A program made the translations under genes and the position numbers. From an uncultured Eubacteriales bacterium (lineage in GTDB: Bacteria > Bacillota > Clostridia > Christensenellales > Aristaeellaceae), in the NCBI GenBank assembly GCA_902793325.1, contig CADBCY010000032.1:6924-70923 (forward strand): a stretch of DNA of 64,000 nucleotides, in the 5' to 3' direction. Below are positions 61,545-64,000 of this stretch, in pieces (positions within the stretch are counted from its first letter, which is position 1; the number at the start of each line of letters is the position of its first letter). Below the pieces are notes generated by a model. The model saw nothing but the letters and a program-made list of their open reading frames with translations. It did not search any database and was not told the origin of the DNA.

Positions 61545-64000
61545 ATGAAACAGTCTTTCTTTGACCGCATTCCCATGAACCTGCCCGGCGGCTTCTTCGT
61601 GTACAGGGCGACGGGGGCGGAAGAGCTGTGCTTTGCGGACAGGAACGTCCTGACGCTGTACGGCTGCGATACGATCGAGGAATTCCGCGACCTGACGGGC
61701 AACAGCTTCCGGGGCATGGTCCATCCGGACGACCTCGAGCGGGTGGAGCGGGACATCTACGTGCAGACGTTCCACAGCGGGGAACGGCACGACTACGTCC
61801 ACTACCGCATCTGCACGAGGCAGGGCGAGATCAAATTCGTGGAGGACTTCGGCCACCTGGTCTACGACAGCGACGGGGACAGCTTCTTCTACGTGTTCAT
61901 CGTGAATGTCGAGGAGTCGGAATACCGGAAGATGAACCAGGGCGAGTGGGGAACGAAGGTCGGCTACCGCCGCACGGAGCGGCGGAACGCGCTGACCGGG
62001 CTGATCTACGAGGAGGCCTTCTTCACCGCGTGCGAGCGAAACCTCTCGAACTTCAAGATCAACTGGCTGCTCATCGCCATCGACCTGCAGAACTTCAAGC
62101 TGTTCAACGAATGGTACAGCCGCGAGGTCGGCGACCGCGTGCTCTCCGCGATCGGGCGCGAGCTCGGCGCGATCGCGGACGCGCACGGGGGCGTCGCCGG
62201 CTACTTCGGGGGAGACGACTTCGCGCTGCTGGTCCCGGCGGGCCACTTCGACGCGGACGAGCTGTTCGAGCGCATACACGGCATCGTGATCGGCTACGGG
62301 GCCTCCGTCGGTTTCCTGCCAGCCATCGGCGCCAGCTATTCGCACGGCAACATGTCCGCCTACACGCTCTACGACCAGGCGTCGCTGGCCAGCCAGGAGG
62401 CGAAGGGCGACCTGAAGGCGCGCGTGAAGTTCTTCTCCCAGGCCATGGTGAGCCGGGCGGAGGAGGATTACAAGGTCCTCTCCGAGTTCAAGGACGCGCT
62501 GGCGAACGGCGAGATCACGTTCTACCTCCAGCCCCAGTGCAGGTCGATGAACGGGCAGATCGTCGGCGCGGAGGCGCTGGCGCGGTGGATCAAGCCCGAC
62601 GGGAAGATGGTGCCGCCCGGGTCCTTCATCCCCACGCTGGAGCGATACGGCTTTGTGCCGGATCTGGACAAGTACATCTGGGAGGAAGTGTGCAAGTGGT
62701 GCCGGAAGGTGCTGGACGAGGGCAGGAAGCTCGTCCCCGTCTCCGTGAACATCAGCCCGGTGGACATCTTCACCATGGAGGTGCCGCGCCATTTTGAGAA
62801 GCTGATCCGCGAATACCGGCTCCCGCAGGATGCGGTCAAGATCGAGATCACGGAGTCGGCGTACAGCGAGGGCTCCGAGAAGGTCCGCTCCACCGTGCAG
62901 GAATTCCGCAACATGGGGTTCGTGGTCCTGATGGACGACTTCGGCAGCGGCTTCTCGTCGCTCAACATGCTGAGGGAGCTGAACGTGGACATCATCAAGC
63001 TGGACGCGTACTTCCTGAGGATGGAGAAGAACAACGAGCGCAAGGGCATGCACATCATCGAATCCGTCATCAACATGGCCAAGACCATGGCGATGCCCGT
63101 GATCGTCGAGGGCGTGGAGACGCAGGAACAGTGCGAGTACCTGGTGGACCTCGGCATACGCTACATCCAGGGCTACTATTTCTATAAGCCGATGTGCGCC
63201 GGGGACTTTGAAAAGCTGCTCTCGGAAGTGCAGAACGTGGACCCTAACGGCTTTGTGTTCAAGGCCAACGAGGAGTTCAGGATCCGCGAGTTCCTGAACG
63301 ACACGGTCTACAGCGATTCCATGCTGAACCACATCATCGGCCCGTCCGCCATCTATTCGCTGCACGGCGACGACATCGACATCATCCGCTTCAACCAGAT
63401 GTTCTACCAGGCGGTGAACGTGCCGGACTTCCACTCCAAGCTGCTGAGCATCCAGAAGCTCATGCCGGAGAACGAGGTCCCGGAGATGTACCTGACGCTG
63501 AAGAGGGCGTATGACGACCGGCTGAACGGCTCGAGCGGGATGTTCACGTTCAAGAAGATCGACGGCTCCGCGGCGCGCTTCCTGATTCACTTCTACTTCC
63601 TGAACGAGGACGGCGAACAGCGGCGCTTCTACGGCTCGGCCCGGGACGTGACGGAGATCACCAACCTCCACCGGCACATGGAGCTGCTCTCGCGATTCAC
63701 CTCCCGGACGGTGCTCTTCCTGCTGTACAGCCAGGGCGAATACTCCTTCGAGGTCACCGCGCACGGCCTGGAGAAGGACATGGGCCTGTCGGGCCGGCAA
63801 CTGGCGGAGGAGCTGAACAACGGCTTGTTCTATAAGCGGCTGGAGCCATTCAGCGAGACCATCCTGTGGAACATCGCGCAGCGGTGCGCGGAGAGCAGGG
63901 AGATGACCACGACGGAATTCAGCATGAAGGGCGCCGGCGGGGAGACGCTGGACGTGGTCGTCGACGCCGATTACGTGGACGACGAGCTGGGCGACGTGAA
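61545..64000 (+). CDS. PAS-GGDEF-EAL protein with additional C-terminal PAS-like region (3' end runs off the window)
   Basis: Not in the ORF track because it has no stop inside the window. My translation from ATG 61545 (GGAGG upstream) gives MKQSFFDRIPMNLPGGFFVYRA...(PAS)...LTGLIYEEAFF...GYFGGDDFALLV (GGDEF-type domain, motif GGDDF)...YLQPQ...EALARW...EITES...DDFGSGFSSLNML...EGVETQEQ...QGYYFYKP (EAL). It then continues for more than 250 aa of PAS-like sequence ending ...FYGSARDVTEITN... Confidence 0.88.
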   Translation, partial: MKQSFFDRIPMNLPGGFFVYRATGAEELCFADRNVLTLYGCDTIEEFRDLTGNSFRGMVHPDDLERVERDIYVQTFHSGERHDYVHYRICTRQGEIKFVEDFGHLVYDSDGDSFFYVFIVNVEESEYRKMNQGEWGTKVGYRRTERRNALTGLIYEEAFFTACERNLSNFKINWLLIAIDLQNFKLFNEWYSREVGDRVLSAIGRELGAIADAHGGVAGYFGGDDFALLVPAGHFDADELFERIHGIVIGYGASVGFLPAIGASYSHGNMSAYTLYDQASLASQEAKGDLKARVKFFSQAMVSRAEEDYKVLSEFKDALANGEITFYLQPQCRSMNGQIVGAEALARWIKPDGKMVPPGSFIPTLERYGFVPDLDKYIWEEVCKWCRKVLDEGRKLVPVSVNISPVDIFTMEVPRHFEKLIREYRLPQDAVKIEITESAYSEGSEKVRSTVQEFRNMGFVVLMDDFGSGFSSLNMLRELNVDIIKLDAYFLRMEKNNERKGMHIIESVINMAKTMAMPVIVEGVETQEQCEYLVDLGIRYIQGYYFYKPMCAGDFEKLLSEVQNVDPNGFVFKANEEFRIREFLNDTVYSDSMLNHIIGPSAIYSLHGDDIDIIRFNQMFYQAVNVPDFHSKLLSIQKLMPENEVPEMYLTLKRAYDDRLNGSSGMFTFKKIDGSAARFLIHFYFLNEDGEQRRFYGSARDVTEITNLHRHMELLSRFTSRTVLFLLYSQGEYSFEVTAHGLEKDMGLSGRQLAEELNNGLFYKRLEPFSETILWNIAQRCAESREMTTTEFSMKGAGGETLDVVVDADYVDDELGDV

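Noticed and set aside
1-64000. CRISPR arrays, tRNA or rRNA genes, transposases, integrases, phage genes, toxin-antitoxin pairs and known defence systems.
   Set aside because: I scanned every intergenic region and all unassigned ORFs. I found no regularly spaced direct repeats, no cloverleaf-compatible segments, no DDE/serine/tyrosine recombinase motifs and no large low-GC island. The only low-GC patches are short promoter regions plus the 110 bp filler.

Overview
This is a GC-rich, Clostridia-like chromosomal segment: GGAGG-type ribosome-binding sites, many secreted or lipoproteins with peptidoglycan-binding repeats, and GC-rich hairpin terminators. I call about 49 genes. I see no rRNA, tRNA, CRISPR array, transposase, integrase or phage genes. 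Because of the high GC content, most long ORFs in the six-frame track that lie antisense to, or out of frame with, the real genes are Arg/Gly/Ala/Pro-rich artefacts.

Gene content in order:
- NAD salvage genes (pncB and an NMN adenylyltransferase).
- Two tandem L,D-transpeptidase paralogs.
- A frame-broken fucose-isomerase-family gene.
- asnS.
- Secreted proteins and a family 2 glycosyltransferase.
- A sugar locus of unknown substrate: a DUF5107/TPR giant protein, an AraC regulator, a CUT2-type ABC transporter, an aldose epimerase and a SorE-like dehydrogenase.
- A dense signalling island (23.3-34.6 kb).
- An AmmeMemoRadiSam pair plus an Smr protein.
- A multiply deleted sensor-kinase relic.
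- A decaying GH32/CUT1 fructan-sucrose locus.
- A NitT/TauT ABC transporter flanked by two URO-D-family genes.
- A TRAP transporter, esterase and eda-uxaB-uxaA-kdgK hexuronate locus.
- A partial PAS-GGDEF-EAL gene at the window end.

The most interesting region is the signalling island. Two convergent operons each encode a hybrid histidine kinase, a stand-alone Hpt protein and a receiver-fused c-di-GMP phosphodiesterase (EAL in one operon, HD-GYP in the other). The plus-strand operon also carries an APC amino-acid-permease domain fused to a hybrid kinase with two receivers, followed by a LacI-type ligand-binding protein that lacks its HTH domain. The minus-strand operon appears to continue directly from the functionally uncharacterised AmmeMemoRadiSam genes.

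Three independent gene-decay events, an atypical ~110 bp filler and a five-hairpin intergenic array are also flagged. All calls rest on reading the sequence and on remembered family motifs. No searches were run.
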